From NCBI GenBank assembly GCA_965197865.1, contig CBDANZ010000005.1:706379-770378 (forward strand): a stretch of DNA of 64,000 nt, given 5' to 3'. The position numbers and the translations under genes were made by a program. A model generated the notes under the pieces. The model was not told the origin of the DNA. It searched no databases and saw only the letters and a list, made by a program, of their open reading frames with translations. The stretch comes from Vicinamibacterales bacterium (GTDB taxonomy: Bacteria; Acidobacteriota; Vicinamibacteria; Vicinamibacterales; CAVVIG01). This document shows, piece by piece, positions 27,164-38,116 of this stretch (within the stretch, counting starts at the first letter, position 1; every line of letters starts with the position of its first letter).

Positions 27164-28509
27164 CCCAGTCTCTCGCAGATCTTCGGCTCGACGTCCTGGC
27201 GATTGTCCGGGCCGCCCTTGGTGCGGTCGATCCGGGCGTCCTCGTGGAACGTGCGCTGACGGAAGCCGAAGATGTCGCGCAGGCCTTGAGGTCCGCCGTC
27301 GTGGCGGGCCTGAACGGCCCGGCCTACGTCTTGGTTGCCGCGGGAAAAGCGGCGCATGGGATGGCCACGTCGGCCGTGCGACTGCTGGGAACGCGTTTGC
27401 GACGGGGCCTGGTAGTTGCCCCGGTTGCCGTCGAAGTCTCCGGTCCACTCGAGGCGATTGTGGGCAGCCATCCTGTTCCGACGCCCGCCAGTGAAGGCGC
27501 GGGACGCCGCGCGCTCGCCTTCGCGAAGGACGCGCCTCCCGACGGAGGCCTGCTGGTGCTCCTTTCCGGCGGTGCGTCGGCGCTGATGGCGGTTCCGGCG
27601 GACGGCGTCACGCTCGAAGAGAAGGCGCGCACGACGAGTCTCTTGCTGCGCGCCGGCGCCGACATTGGGGCACTCAACGCCGTTCGGAAGCACCTGTCCG
27701 CCATCAAGGGCGGCTGGCTCGCCTCGGACGCCTCGGCGCCCTCGTTCACGCTCGCGATCTCCGACGTCGTGGGCGATGACCTGAGCGTGATCGGATCGGG
27801 ACCGACGATCGCCGATCCGACAACCTTTACCGGTGCGCTTGAAGTGCTGCAGCGCCACGGCGGAATTGACGCCTATCCCGCCGCGGTTGTTGCCCGTCTT
27901 GCACGCGGGGCGCGAGGTGAGCTGCCGGAGACCCCGAAGCCGGGTGACCCGCGCCTCGCCCGAAGCCGCTCGTGGGTGATCGGCGGGCGCCATGCGGCGA
28001 TGCGTGGGGCCGAAGATGAGGCGCGGCGCCGCGGGTACGTAGTGCGTGTGACCGAGGCACCGGTGACCGGCGAGGCGCGCGACGCGGCTCGGTTGCGCCT
28101 TGCCGCGACGGCGGCCGAAGCCTCCGGCGGCGGCCGGCCGCTCTGTCTGATCTCGAGCGGGGAGACGACGGTTCACGTCACCGGACCCGGACGTGGCGGA
28201 CGAAACCAGGAATTCGCGCTTGCAGGAGCGAGCGCCCTCGAATCACTCGGCGCGTCTGCGGTGCTGGCCAGCGCCGGGACCGACGGCGTCGACGGTGCAA
28301 CCGACGCGGCCGGGGCGCTCGTCGACTCGAGCACCATTGAACGCGCCCGTCGCGCCGGCCTTTCTCCGCAGCCGTTTCTCGACGAGAACGACGCGTACGC
28401 CTTTTTTAACGCGCTCGGCGATCTGATTCACACTGGTCCCAGCGGCACGAACGTCGGCGACCTTCAGGTTCTCCTGATAGGGCAGGGCCTCAATGCCCCT
28501 GCGGTATAG
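27160..28509 (+). CDS. glycerate 2-kinase / hydroxypyruvate reductase family (DUF4147 + MOFRL)
   Basis: LISSGETTVHVTG.GRGGRNQEFALA is the MOFRL block. The conserved N-terminal helix LADLRLDVLAIVRAALGAVDPGVLV lies upstream of the first ATG/GTG/TTG (27244), so the start is probably the CTG at 27160. Confidence 0.8.
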   Translation: MTQSLADLRLDVLAIVRAALGAVDPGVLVERALTEAEDVAQALRSAVVAGLNGPAYVLVAAGKAAHGMATSAVRLLGTRLRRGLVVAPVAVEVSGPLEAIVGSHPVPTPASEGAGRRALAFAKDAPPDGGLLVLLSGGASALMAVPADGVTLEEKARTTSLLLRAGADIGALNAVRKHLSAIKGGWLASDASAPSFTLAISDVVGDDLSVIGSGPTIADPTTFTGALEVLQRHGGIDAYPAAVVARLARGARGELPETPKPGDPRLARSRSWVIGGRHAAMRGAEDEARRRGYVVRVTEAPVTGEARDAARLRLAATAAEASGGGRPLCLISSGETTVHVTGPGRGGRNQEFALAGASALESLGASAVLASAGTDGVDGATDAAGALVDSSTIERARRAGLSPQPFLDENDAYAFFNALGDLIHTGPSGTNVGDLQVLLIGQGLNAPAV

Positions 28510-28523
28510 GTATAGTCGAAATA

Positions 28524-30767
28524 ATGTTTTCACGCGATGACATTCTCGCGCTGATGCGCGAGCGGGTGCACCATCCCGCCGGCATCCGCGAGCTCCTTCA
28601 GGTCCTTAAAGTTCCCCGCGTTGAACGGGCCTCGTTCAGGCGTCACATCAACTCGCTGGTAGCGGTCGGCGACCTCATTCAGATCCGCGGGCAGCGAGTT
28701 GGCCTCCCCGAGAAAATGGATCTCTACGTGGGCCGGCTGCAGGCGCATCCTTCCGGCTACGGCTTCGTTGTTCCCGAGCGGCCGCTCGAAGGCGGGGGCG
28801 ACATCTATATTTCGGGTGCCCGGCTCAACGAAGCAATGCACGGTGACCGTGTCATCGCCCGGATCGAGCGGATGAAGGAAGGCGGCAAGGTCGAGGGCCG
28901 CATCATCCGCGTTCTCCAGCGCGCCAACGCCTGGGTCGTCGGCCGATACGACCGCGACGAAGACGCCTCGGGCTACGTCGTGCCGTTCGATCGCCGCGTG
29001 TTGCTGGATGTCCAGGTGCCGCCTGGCCAGGAGGGCGGCGCCTCGCCGGGCGAGATGGTCACGGTCGAGCTGACCAGGTGGCCGACTTCGACGCGTGGGG
29101 CCATTGGCCGTGTCGCCGAAGTCTTGGGCCACATCGACGCGCCCGGCGTGGACACCAAGATCATCATCCGGAAGTACGGCATCGCGGACGCGCACCGGCC
29201 TGAAGCGGTCGCGGAGGCGGTCGGTCTCGGCACAGGGGTGTCGGAGCGCGACATCCATGGACGCCGCGATTTCCGCAACCTCGTCACGGTGACGATCGAC
29301 GGCGAGCATGCGCGCGATTTTGACGATGCGATTACGCTCGAGACGCTGCCGAACGGCCACTTCTGGCTTGGCGTGCACATCGCCGACGTCTCGCACTACG
29401 TACAGGAAGAAGGCCCGCTCGACCATGAGGCCTACGAGCGCGGCACGTCGGTCTACTTTCCCGAGCGTGTCGTGCACATGTTCCCCTCGGAGCTGGCCAC
29501 CGGGCTGTGCAGTCTCAACCCTGGCGTCGACCGCCTCGTGCAGTCGTGTTTTGTGGAAGTGGATCGACGGGGAACCGTAGTCCGGTACGAGTTCCACGAC
29601 GGCTTGATCAACAGCAACGAGCGGATGACGTACACAGTTGTAAACGCCATCCTGACAGATCGCGATCCTGAGCTGATGAAACGCTACTTGCCCATCGTGC
29701 CGACCCTGGAACAGATGCGCGAGCTGTTCCGGATCCTTAACGAAACGCGCCGCCGGCGCGGATCGATTGATTTCGACTTACACGAGGCTGAGGTCGTCAT
29801 CGACGAGGGCGGCATGGTCGAGGCCGTCATCGCCCTGCAACGGAACGTCGCGCATCGTCTCATCGAGGAGTTCATGCTCCTGGCGAACGAGACGGTCGCC
29901 GCGTACCTGGAAGCGCAGGAAGAGCCGTCGCTCTATCGGATCCACGAGCAGCCCGACGTCTTCAAAGTGGCCAGGTTCGAGGAGTTCATCTCCGGCCTCG
30001 GCTACAGTCTGGGCGCGTCGCCGACCTCGCTCGGGCCACGGCACTTCCAGAAACTGCTTGAGCGGGTTCACGGCAAGCCAGAAGAAAACCCGATCGCGTT
30101 CCTCATGGTGCGCACGATGCAGAAGGCACGCTACGCGCCAGAGAACCTTGGACACTTCGGACTGGCCGCATCGAGCTACACACACTTCACATCGCCAATC
30201 CGCCGATATCCCGACCTCGTCGTGCATCGCGCGCTGCGAGCGGTCCGTCACGGTCTACTGGACGAGGAGACGCGCGAGCAGTGGACGGAAGACCTCCCGG
30301 AAATCGCTCGGCACACCTCCGAGATGGAGCGCCGGGCGAACGAGGCCGAGCGCGAGCTCCTGGAGTGGAAGAAAGTGAAGTTCATGGCCGACAAGGTCGG
30401 CGATGAGTTCGAAGGTTACGTTACCGGCGTCGCGGCCTTCGGGTTGTTCATCGAGCTCGTCGAGCATTTCGTCGAGGGTCTTGTTCACGTCTCGACGATG
30501 GCCGACGACTACTACCGGTTCGTGGAGAGCGCGCACATGCTGCGCGGCGAAAACGGCGGGAAGGTGTACCGCCTCGGCGACAAGGTGAAGGTCCAGGTCG
30601 TCCGCGTCAACATGGACCTTCGACAGATCGATCTAGGCCTCGTCGATATCCTCGCCCGGGTCCGAGAAGGAGAGCGCGGCCCCCGGCGGTCGAAGGCAAG
30701 GCCCAGGCACGGGCATGGGAGGAAAAAAGGCAAGAGGAGGAACGTAAAGCTCAGAGGGCGACGCTAG
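28524..30767 (+). CDS. rnr: ribonuclease R
   Basis: RNB domain blocks (TIDGEHARDFDDAI, SPIRRYPDLVVHR), a C-terminal S1 domain (GYVTGVAAFGLFIEL) and a basic tail. Confidence 0.9.
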   Translation: MFSRDDILALMRERVHHPAGIRELLQVLKVPRVERASFRRHINSLVAVGDLIQIRGQRVGLPEKMDLYVGRLQAHPSGYGFVVPERPLEGGGDIYISGARLNEAMHGDRVIARIERMKEGGKVEGRIIRVLQRANAWVVGRYDRDEDASGYVVPFDRRVLLDVQVPPGQEGGASPGEMVTVELTRWPTSTRGAIGRVAEVLGHIDAPGVDTKIIIRKYGIADAHRPEAVAEAVGLGTGVSERDIHGRRDFRNLVTVTIDGEHARDFDDAITLETLPNGHFWLGVHIADVSHYVQEEGPLDHEAYERGTSVYFPERVVHMFPSELATGLCSLNPGVDRLVQSCFVEVDRRGTVVRYEFHDGLINSNERMTYTVVNAILTDRDPELMKRYLPIVPTLEQMRELFRILNETRRRRGSIDFDLHEAEVVIDEGGMVEAVIALQRNVAHRLIEEFMLLANETVAAYLEAQEEPSLYRIHEQPDVFKVARFEEFISGLGYSLGASPTSLGPRHFQKLLERVHGKPEENPIAFLMVRTMQKARYAPENLGHFGLAASSYTHFTSPIRRYPDLVVHRALRAVRHGLLDEETREQWTEDLPEIARHTSEMERRANEAERELLEWKKVKFMADKVGDEFEGYVTGVAAFGLFIELVEHFVEGLVHVSTMADDYYRFVESAHMLRGENGGKVYRLGDKVKVQVVRVNMDLRQIDLGLVDILARVREGERGPRRSKARPRHGHGRKKGKRRNVKLRGRR

Positions 30768-30802
30768 CTACTTTTCCCTTTTGCCTTGCCTTCTTACTTC
30801 CT

Positions 30803-32734
30803 ATGAAGTTTGTCGTCGTCGGGACCGCGGGCCATATCGATCACGGCAAGAGCGCGCTGGTGCAGGCGCTGACCGGCACCGATCCCGATCGCCTGAAAGA
30901 AGAGAAGGCGCGCGGCATCACCATCGACCTTGGCTTTGCGCACGCTCAGTTCGAGGACGTCAACTTCGCGTTCATCGATGTTCCCGGGCACGAACGGTTC
31001 GTGAAAAACATGCTGGCCGGCGTTGGCGGCATCGATCTCGTTCTGCTCGTAGTGGCGGCGGACGAATCGGTGATGCCGCAGACGCGCGAGCACTTCGATA
31101 TCTGCCAGCTTCTGCGGATTCCGGCCGGGATCGTCGCGCTGACCAAATGGGATCTGGTCGACAGCGACACGCTGGAAATGACGCGCCTCGAGGTCGGCGA
31201 GCTTGTGGCCGGTTCGTTTTTCGAGAGCGCGTCGGTCGTGGCGGTTTCCTCGAAAACCGGGGAGGGCCTCGATCGGCTACGAGCGGCGCTCGTCGCCGCC
31301 GCGGCGGCGAAGGGTCGCGGTCGCACGTTGGAGGGGCCAACACGGCTGCCGATCGATCGCGTCTTCTCGATGAAAGGATTTGGCACAGTGATCACCGGCA
31401 CGCTGGTGTCCGGACGGGTGCGTCCCGACGATCGATTGCTCGTCGTCCCCGACGCATCGGTCGGCCGAGGCGTGTCGGTGCGTGGCGTGCAGGTGCACGG
31501 GACCCGCAAGGCGGAGGCGGTCGCCGGAGAGCGCGTCGCCGTGAACCTCGGCGGCGTCGACGTGGGAGACTTCGAACGCGGTCAGGTCCTTGTGAGTCCG
31601 GGCGCGTTCGAAGTGACCCGCGCCGCCGACGCGAGCCTGGAGACGCTGGCGAGCGCCGGGCCGCTCAGACACGGTGCTCGCGTCCGCTTTCATCAGGGCA
31701 CTGCCGAGGTCATCGGACGCGTGTCGATCATCGGTCCGGCCGAGGGCGGGACGCAGCTGGCGGTCGGACCAGGTCAACGGGTGTATGTGCGCCTGCGGCT
31801 CGAACGCCCCGCGATTCTGGCGCGAGGTGATCGGTACATCCTTCGCGCCTACTCGCCTCCCTTGACCATCGCGGGCGGGGAGATTCTCGATCCCGCCCCC
31901 CCCCGAGCGGCCATTCGTACCACGACGGCGATCGACCGCTGCCGGAAGCTGGGGGCTCACCCCGCCGGGTCGATCGAGGCGGAGCTCGCCGCGGTGGTTG
32001 TGATGGTGGAGGAGGCGGGTTCGAAGGGTCTCCCTATGTCGGCGCTGATTTCGCGATCGGGCATCAACGGTCGCGACATCGACCCGCGCGTCGCCGAACT
32101 CGTGCAGGCGCACGGGGTTCGGCGCGCGGCCGACGTGCTGGTTTCCGCGACAATCCTCGACCGGTTGAAAACGTCCATCGTCGATCTGCTGGCTCGGCAC
32201 CATGTCGCGCAGCCGCTTTCTCAAGGGATGCCGCGTGAAGAGGCGCGTGAGCGGCTGTTCCGCCATGGCCACCCCGCTGTGTTCGAGCGGGCCGTTCACG
32301 ATCTGGCGGACGCGGGTGTCGTGATCGCGCGCGATCGATTAATGCTGGCGACCTACCGCATTCGGCTCTCGCCGGAGGAAGAGCGGGCGCGAGACGGCAT
32401 TGAGAACACGCTGCGCGCTGCGGGCCTGACGCCGCCCGACGTAGCTGCGCTGGCTTCTCGAGTGGGCATGACGGCCTCTGTCGCTGATCGCGTGTTGAAG
32501 CTGCTACAGCGACAAGAACGGGTTGTGAAGGTCGAGACGCTGTTCTTTCACCACGAAGCACTGAAAGCGCTGAAAGATCAGGTTGTGGCGATAGGAAAAA
32601 GTGGAACGAGAATCGACGTCGCGAGTTTCAAGGAGCGGTTCGGGGTGACGCGCAAGTTCGCGATCCCGCTACTCGAGTATCTCGATCGCGAGCGGGTGAC
32701 CCGACGAGTCGGCGATTCAAGGCTGGTTCTCTGA
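30803..32734 (+). CDS. selB: selenocysteine-specific translation elongation factor
   Basis: GTPase motifs [14 protein letters not shown] and TKWD, plus C-terminal winged-helix repeats ending [23 protein letters not shown]. Confidence 0.9.
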   Translation: MKFVVVGTAGHIDHGKSALVQALTGTDPDRLKEEKARGITIDLGFAHAQFEDVNFAFIDVPGHERFVKNMLAGVGGIDLVLLVVAADESVMPQTREHFDICQLLRIPAGIVALTKWDLVDSDTLEMTRLEVGELVAGSFFESASVVAVSSKTGEGLDRLRAALVAAAAAKGRGRTLEGPTRLPIDRVFSMKGFGTVITGTLVSGRVRPDDRLLVVPDASVGRGVSVRGVQVHGTRKAEAVAGERVAVNLGGVDVGDFERGQVLVSPGAFEVTRAADASLETLASAGPLRHGARVRFHQGTAEVIGRVSIIGPAEGGTQLAVGPGQRVYVRLRLERPAILARGDRYILRAYSPPLTIAGGEILDPAPPRAAIRTTTAIDRCRKLGAHPAGSIEAELAAVVVMVEEAGSKGLPMSALISRSGINGRDIDPRVAELVQAHGVRRAADVLVSATILDRLKTSIVDLLARHHVAQPLSQGMPREEARERLFRHGHPAVFERAVHDLADAGVVIARDRLMLATYRIRLSPEEERARDGIENTLRAAGLTPPDVAALASRVGMTASVADRVLKLLQRQERVVKVETLFFHHEALKALKDQVVAIGKSGTRIDVASFKERFGVTRKFAIPLLEYLDRERVTRRVGDSRLVL

Positions 32735-32887
32735 CTTGTGGTCGGTCGTCTCGTTCTTCAACCCATCTTTGAAATTCTTGATCGCGCTGCCGATGCCGCG
32801 CCCGAGCTGGGGTAGGCGGTTCGCCCCGAAAATGATGATCACGATCATCAGGATGATCACCAGCTCAGGCAATCCAAGTCGTCCCAT
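32717..32887 (-). CDS. tatA: twin-arginine translocase subunit TatA/E (56 aa; below the ORF-track cutoff)
   Basis: My own translation is [63 protein letters not shown] Shine-Dalgarno lies upstream. It overlaps the selB 3' end by 18 nt, convergently. Confidence 0.85.
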   Translation of the reverse strand: MGRLGLPELVIILMIVIIIFGANRLPQLGRGIGSAIKNFKDGLKNETTDHKSENQP

Positions 32888-33041
32888 GATGCACTCCTCC
32901 CCGGCCGTGATAAGCCCGGTCGCCGAATGAACGATCGACTGGCGGACCGAGGAACTCAGTCGATTGTACTACCACGGGCTCCCCTAGGTGGGCGACCAGG
33001 CCAGGACGCGGCCTGCCGCCACCGTGATACATTACGCGAGC

Positions 33042-33500
33042 ATGATCGATGTCGAGACCGGACAATTCACTGTGGGAGTCTTCCAGGACGTGGCGTGGGC
33101 AGAGAAAGGGCTCGAAGCCTTGCGCAAGGCCGGCCTGCCGGCTGAGTCGTTGTCGATTCTTGCGAAAGGGAGCCCCGAAGTGGGCCGGCTCATCGAACGG
33201 ACTCTCGGCGCGCCAGGCGAGCCGCTCGAGCTGACCGAGACCGGCGCCGTACTGGCGCGCGGCCCGCTCGTTTCCGCGCTGCAGGGCTCGACCCGCGATC
33301 TCGCAAGGTTCGGACTGGCCAGCACGATGCGGCGGGTCGGCTTTCAGGCTCACGACGGCCGCATTTTCGAGGTGCTCACAGCGCGAGGCGGCGTGCTCGT
33401 CGCGATCCGCAGCGCGCCGCTCGCCGCCGACGCGCTGGCGGTCCTTCATGCTTACGGCGGCGGCAACGCCGCCATCGGGGCATGGACGGGCCGGGTGTAG
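33042..33500 (+). CDS. hypothetical protein, possibly general-stress YflT-like domain
   Basis: FTVGVFQDVAWAEKGLEALRKAGLPAESLSIL and later RIFEVLTARGGVLVAIRS...AVLHAYG resemble the repeated YflT/GsiB-type fold pattern. This is memory-based only. Confidence 0.4.
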   Translation: MIDVETGQFTVGVFQDVAWAEKGLEALRKAGLPAESLSILAKGSPEVGRLIERTLGAPGEPLELTETGAVLARGPLVSALQGSTRDLARFGLASTMRRVGFQAHDGRIFEVLTARGGVLVAIRSAPLAADALAVLHAYGGGNAAIGAWTGRV

Positions 33501-33652
33501 GCACCCGGCGTAGACACGCCGTCCTCGCGCTTCTGCCGTTCGTCTTGACAAGTAATCCACAAATAAGCCTGGATCTTGAGGCACCCTTTTTGCAGTTGCA
33601 GCCGTGAGGATTCGTGCGCGAGAATATTTCTGCACGTCAACATCCGTTCCCA

Positions 33653-34567
33653 ATGGCAAGAACCACCTCACCGCGAGGACGCCAGAGCGACCTTTCCGCC
33701 GGAGATCTTTCGGCGCACGTCGATGGGGTGCATCCCGCGGAGGTGCCGTTCCTCTTCGAGTGGCAGCCGAAGCGCTTCGGGTGGTCGCTCGTCACGTCGT
33801 TCGCCACCAACGTGAGCTTCATCCTGCTGCTGGTGCTGGTCAACAGATTCGCACCGCGCTCGCAAGGGGTGACGGCGTTTATGCCCGAGGCAAGCGACCG
33901 GCTCGTCTGGTTGAGCGGGCCGGGTCCGGGCGGCGGCGGCGGCGGCGGAAATCAGATAAAAGAACCGCCCCGCCAGGCCGAGATCCCCGGCAAGGACGAA
34001 ATCACCGTTCCCGTCGTCGAGCCCCTGAAGGTCGAGCCGCAGCAGCGGCCCAAGGTGGAGCCGAACCCGGTCCAGCAAGTGAACATTCCCGTGCAGACAC
34101 TCGCAGCCGCGACAGATTCGCTGCCTGGCGTGATCGAAGCTCCTCTCGGACCGCCCAGCTTGTCGCAGGGTTCAGGCAGCCTGGGCGGCGCCGGCACTGG
34201 AAAGGGATCCGGTATTGGTTCGGGGGCCGCCTCGGGTCTCGGCGTGGGGTTCGGCGGTGGAACGGGAGGCGGCGCCTATCGCCCTGGCAACGGGGTTACG
34301 GTGCCTCGCCTACTGCACGAGGTGAAGCCATCGTACACCTCCGATGCCATGCGCGCGAAAATCCAGGGCACGGTCCTGCTCGAATGCATCGTCCGACAGG
34401 ACGGGCTGGTCAGCGATGTGCGTGTGGTCCGCTCGCTCGACCAGATTTTCGGTCTCGATCAGGAAGCGATCAACGCGACCCGCCAGTGGCGCTTCGCCCC
34501 GGGGACGCGCTTTGGCGATCCGGTGCCGGTGCTCGTCACAGTCGAGTTGACCTTCACGCTGCGCTGA
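33653..34567 (+). CDS. energy transducer TonB-family protein
   Basis: N-terminal TM, Pro/Gly-rich spacer, and C-terminal TonB domain (KPSYTSDAMRAKIQGTVLLECIV..DG.VSDVRVVRSLD..GLDQEAINATRQWRFAPG). Confidence 0.75.
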   Translation: MARTTSPRGRQSDLSAGDLSAHVDGVHPAEVPFLFEWQPKRFGWSLVTSFATNVSFILLLVLVNRFAPRSQGVTAFMPEASDRLVWLSGPGPGGGGGGGNQIKEPPRQAEIPGKDEITVPVVEPLKVEPQQRPKVEPNPVQQVNIPVQTLAAATDSLPGVIEAPLGPPSLSQGSGSLGGAGTGKGSGIGSGAASGLGVGFGGGTGGGAYRPGNGVTVPRLLHEVKPSYTSDAMRAKIQGTVLLECIVRQDGLVSDVRVVRSLDQIFGLDQEAINATRQWRFAPGTRFGDPVPVLVTVELTFTLR

Positions 34568-34610
34568 AACCGCGATTGGGTCCCTACTTCTGCCTTCTAA
34601 CTTCTGACTC

Positions 34611-36302
<1,692 letters not shown>

Positions 36303-36605
36303 CTACTTCTTCTTCTTGTCCTCGACGACCCCGAGCACTTCGTCCTCGCGCATGATTAGGTATTCCTGACCGTCGAGCTTGATTTCCTGGCCTGAGTACT
36401 TGCCGAAGAGAATGAGATCGCCGGCCTTAACGTCGAGAGGAATTCGTTTGCCGTCGTCCTTCGACTTGCCGGCGCCCACAGCGATGACCTTGCCCTGCTG
36501 CGGCTTTTCCTTGGCGGTGTCCGGGATGATGATCCCGCCGATCTTCTGTTCACCCTCCTCGAGGCGTTTAACGATGATGCGGTCGTGCAGCGGTCTGACG
36601 TTCAT
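36303..36605 (-). CDS. groS: co-chaperonin GroES
   Basis: [44 protein letters not shown]..., 100 aa. Confidence 0.95.
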   Translation of the reverse strand: MNVRPLHDRIIVKRLEEGEQKIGGIIIPDTAKEKPQQGKVIAVGAGKSKDDGKRIPLDVKAGDLILFGKYSGQEIKLDGQEYLIMREDEVLGVVEDKKKK

Positions 36606-36723
36606 GCTCTGCATACTCTGTACTCCGTCTGTCCCGACTGTTTTGGAGATCCTTGAGCGTTGATGCCCCAGCCTGAAGGCCCGGCCGCCCAAAGCTGCCT
36701 GCCACGGATGGCTCTGAAGCTGG

Positions 36724-36750
36724 TTAGCACTCGACAAGAGCGACTGCTAA
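36724..36750. promoter_or_regulatory. CIRCE operator (HrcA binding site)
   Basis: TTAGCACTC-GACAAGAGC-GACTGCTAA against the consensus TTAGCACTC-N9-GAGTGCTAA (one mismatch). It lies in the groES leader. Confidence 0.85.
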
Positions 36751-36777
36751 TTATATGTCACCGGCCGGCACTGTCAA
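36750..36777 (-). promoter_or_regulatory. near-consensus sigma-70 promoter for groESL
   Basis: On the minus strand: TTGACA (36777-36772), a 16-nt spacer, then TATAAT (36755-36750). The -10 abuts CIRCE. Confidence 0.7.
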
Positions 36778-36811
36778 GCTGGGAGCGCTGCTGTAGCAAG
36801 CTGGGAGCGCT
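36775..36811. repeat. 15-bp direct repeat CAAGCTGGGAGCGCT x2 (22-bp period) spanning the groESL -35 region
   Basis: Copies at 36775-36789 and 36797-36811, read directly. Confidence 0.8.
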
Positions 36812-36856
36812 ACCTTAAGACCGAGCAGGCATGAGCGGCCGCCGGCGGGATCCCGG

Positions 36857-37072
36857 CTAACCCGCCCTACGTTTAATCTTGTACGTTCCCATCTTCCGCG
36901 TGAGGGTGTTGCGGTGGATACCGAGGGTCTCGGCGGTTCGGGTGAGGCTGCCGTCAGAAGCGTCCAACATGCGCGCGATGAAACGCTTCTCGAATTCGTG
37001 GACGGCGTCGTCGAACTGGACGCCTTTGTCGACCATATCCTCTATCAGCCGTTCCAATCGCTCGGAGATCAT
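36857..37072 (-). CDS. Fis-type HTH DNA-binding protein (71 aa)
   Basis: C-terminal LTRTAETLGIHRNTLTRKM is a Fis-family HTH. The ATG overlaps the purC stop (ATGA). Confidence 0.65.
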   Translation of the reverse strand: MISERLERLIEDMVDKGVQFDDAVHEFEKRFIARMLDASDGSLTRTAETLGIHRNTLTRKMGTYKIKRRAG

Positions 37073-38004
37073 TGGAGCTCCCGGCCTGTGAGGCGGCGGA
37101 ACGCCTCGACGTATTTTTCCCGCGTCTTGACCACCACGTCGTCGGGAAGCGAGGGGACGGGCGGCTGCTTGTTCCATTTGATACGTTCCAGGTAATTGCG
37201 GACGAACTGCTTGTCGAAGCTCGGTTGCGGCCCACCTGGGTTGTAGCTGTCGCGCGGCCAGAAGCGTGACGAATCGGGCGTGAGCACTTCGTCAATCAGG
37301 ATCAGCCTCGCCGGATCGGGACGCCGGCGATTTTCCTCGTCTTTGCCGGTGGGCAGCAAGCCGAACTCGAACTTGGTGTCGGCCACGATGATGCCGCGCG
37401 ATTCGGCATGGGCGGCGCCTTCGGCGTAGAGCCGCAGGGTCAGCTCACGGACGCGCGCGAGCACCGCGGGGCCGACTAGATCCGCCGCCTCGGCCTCGCT
37501 GATATTGATGTCGTGGCCGGTTCGCGCCTTGGTGGCGGGCGTAAAGATGGGCGCCGGCAGGCGGTCTGACTCGCGGAGGCCGGCCGGCAGCCGGATTCCG
37601 CACACGTGGCCGCTGGCCAGGTAATCTTTCCAGCCGGACCCCGAAAGATAGCCTCGCGCGACGCACTCGATCGGCAGCGGGCCTGTCTTTCTGACCAGCA
37701 TGGACCGCCCGGCCAGGACGGCTCGGTCATGGCTGGAGTCGACTGGGAGATCCGAGGATTCGATCGAGAGGAGATGGTTGTCCACGACCGACCGCGTGCG
37801 CTCGAACCAGAATGCCGAGATCTGGGTGAGCACTTTACCTTTGTCTGGAATGCCGGAGCCGAGGACGAAATCGAACGCCGAAATGCGGTCGGTCGCCACA
37901 ATGAGCAAACGGTCGCCGAAATCGTAGATGTCGCGAACCTTGCCGTGTCGCTCGGGCGCACGATGAGCGAGTGAAGTCTGGAGAACGGGAGACGCAAGCG
38001 GCAA
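37069..38004 (-). CDS. purC: phosphoribosylaminoimidazole-succinocarboxamide synthase
   Basis: GKVRDIYDFGDRLLIVATDRISAFD and ADTKFEFG. TTG start. Confidence 0.95.
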   Translation of the reverse strand: MPLASPVLQTSLAHRAPERHGKVRDIYDFGDRLLIVATDRISAFDFVLGSGIPDKGKVLTQISAFWFERTRSVVDNHLLSIESSDLPVDSSHDRAVLAGRSMLVRKTGPLPIECVARGYLSGSGWKDYLASGHVCGIRLPAGLRESDRLPAPIFTPATKARTGHDINISEAEAADLVGPAVLARVRELTLRLYAEGAAHAESRGIIVADTKFEFGLLPTGKDEENRRRPDPARLILIDEVLTPDSSRFWPRDSYNPGGPQPSFDKQFVRNYLERIKWNKQPPVPSLPDDVVVKTREKYVEAFRRLTGRELQ

Positions 38005-38116
38005 GGGAATTCCTCAGCGCCAGGGGGAAGGCTGAAATCTTACAAGGACCGAGGCGCGCTCCGCAACAACAACATATAGTGCGAGCGATCCAGGAAGGCG
38101 CTAGGGCGTTATAGTA

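Noticed and set aside
33931-33950. The (CGG)n microsatellite in the TonB-like gene as a repeat feature.
   Set aside because: It simply encodes the poly-Gly part of the TonB Pro/Gly spacer, and the frame is intact.
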